From: a virus
Virus genome (UHGV): UHGV-0479438
Direction: 5' to 3' (one strand)
DNA: 43,765 bases
Shown here: positions 42,799 through 43,765 of the stretch, piece by piece
Numbering within the stretch: position 1 is the stretch's first letter
Layout of the letters: each line of letters starts with the position of its first letter
Translations under genes and position numbers: made by a program
The notes under the pieces: model-generated
Databases searched by the model: none
Told to the model about the DNA's origin: nothing
The model's input: only the letters and a program-made list of their open reading frames with translations

Positions 42799-43130
42799 AG
42801 TATGACAAAGAAAGATTTGAATGGTTTCCGTACGAAAAAAAGATGGGTTTAATAGAGAAGGAGTTAAGTCTGGAAACTCATAATGCGACAACAAGAGCGG
42901 ATTTGCTCATGCTTTTGGATTGGGCATACAAAAAGATAAAGACAGATAAAAAAAGGATTGAAGATGCGATTGCTCATTGCTATATGACCAAATTTGAATA
43001 TCCAGGGACGGAAGAAGGCTTATGTGCCGGATTAAGAACCATGGGCGGAGATGGAGAACCTTACGGAACCTGTAAAGAATGCCGCTTACAGTACCAATAC
43101 GACGAAATGCATCAGGAGGCAGAGGAATGA
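42795..43130 (+). CDS. hypothetical Cys-containing protein
   Basis: RBS AAGGAGGCAGAGGA plus ATG. C-terminus ...HQEAEE. Confidence 0.45.
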   Translation: MKYDKERFEWFPYEKKMGLIEKELSLETHNATTRADLLMLLDWAYKKIKTDKKRIEDAIAHCYMTKFEYPGTEEGLCAGLRTMGGDGEPYGTCKECRLQYQYDEMHQEAEE

Positions 43131-43393
43131 TAGATAGACAGGGAGCAATAGCGATACTACAAGAACACATTAATACATACCGCTACCAAACCACAGATAA
43201 GGGATGGGAGCAAATGGTGCGCACTGGAATTGTCGGAAACACGATACCAGAAAAAATAGCTTTTATAGCAGAGGCAGAGAGGCAGATACAGGCTTACGAG
43301 ATGGCTATTAAAGCGCTGGAGAGCGGCGAGGCAGCGGCATTTGCGGACCGGTGTCACCTGGGGAGCCCTTGTCCATATCAGATGCCTGTGTAA
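43127..43393 (+). CDS. hypothetical protein
   Basis: In-frame ATG after GGAGGCAGAGGA. Confidence 0.45.
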   Translation: MIDRQGAIAILQEHINTYRYQTTDKGWEQMVRTGIVGNTIPEKIAFIAEAERQIQAYEMAIKALESGEAAAFADRCHLGSPCPYQMPV

Positions 43394-43747
43394 TGCTTAT
43401 AACGCAGCAGCGCATGTGTCTATGGAGAGATAATGGAGGACCATACGGCCAGGGGTTCCGGTCTGGCGCACATCCACTATATCGGCTTTTAGAAGGGGCA
43501 TTTGGATGTAACCCGGATATGTTTTTTGAAAGCTACATATAAGGAAGAAAAAGAAAAACACCGAGTTACCACCCGGTGCTCTGCAGGACGACAGAAGCAA
43601 CTATCGCCAATACAGTATTAATTTGACCGTTTTTATTGTACCACGCCTGAATGATGATTGCAATATGAAATCTGTGTCCAGAAAGGTAAAAAACGCAGAC
43701 TTTTCTCTGAAAATATGTTGATATAGAATAAAATTTAAGGTTTAGTG

Positions 43748-43765
43748 GCGGTGTGTGGTACACAG
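43748..43765 (+). other. 5' part of a tRNA-like element; continues at window position 1 if the sequence is circular
   Basis: GGCGGTGTGTGGTACACAG matches 35934-35952 with one substitution. The upstream 15 nt are also similar to those upstream of the internal copy. Confidence 0.45.

Overview
The window reads as an essentially complete temperate siphovirus-like phage genome of about 43.8 kb from a low-GC Gram-positive host. Ribosome-binding sites are GGAGG-type and the endolysin carries choline-binding-type repeats, so the host is most likely a Clostridia-type Firmicute. Almost all genes are on the + strand.

Gene order along the window:
- early and accessory genes, including a YopX-family gene, at 150-2440
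- a second tyrosine recombinase at 2610-3656
- a late-promoter-like motif at 4413-4452
- terS, terL, portal and head-morphogenesis genes at 4496-9139
- an HNH endonuclease, then a block of compositionally odd cargo genes, at 9136-13398
- a three-gene cassette on the minus strand (AP2/HNH, HTH, unknown) at 13455-14520, followed by a second copy of the promoter motif
- scaffold, major capsid, connector, tail, tape measure, tail fibre, XkdX and endolysin genes at 15116-28874
- a bidirectional terminator flanked by ATGCAACACG repeats, then the main integrase on the minus strand at 29161-30246
- a lysogeny module on the minus strand at 30842-33240 (TM2 membrane protein, 363-aa zinc-finger protein, ImmA, XRE repressor)
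- a divergent early promoter with operator-like palindromes, an excisionase-like HTH gene and a Rha antirepressor at 33257-35102
- a 90-nt tRNA-like element at 35934-36023
- an early replication and recombination region at 36050-43393 (Gp37/68, three tiny Cys-rich ORFs, a Rad52-like annealing protein, an HNHc nuclease, a replisome-organiser-like protein, a LexA-N-terminal-domain-only protein, and tandem small paralogues)

The window starts inside and ends inside a second, paralogous tRNA-like element. The sequence is therefore probably circular or a repeat unit, and the lysin-attP-int order is the vegetative arrangement, not the integrated one. No CRISPR array, rRNA or transposon was seen.

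Coordinates of hand-mapped motifs and of ORFs whose starts I re-picked may be off by 1-2 nt. ORF-track frames were kept.
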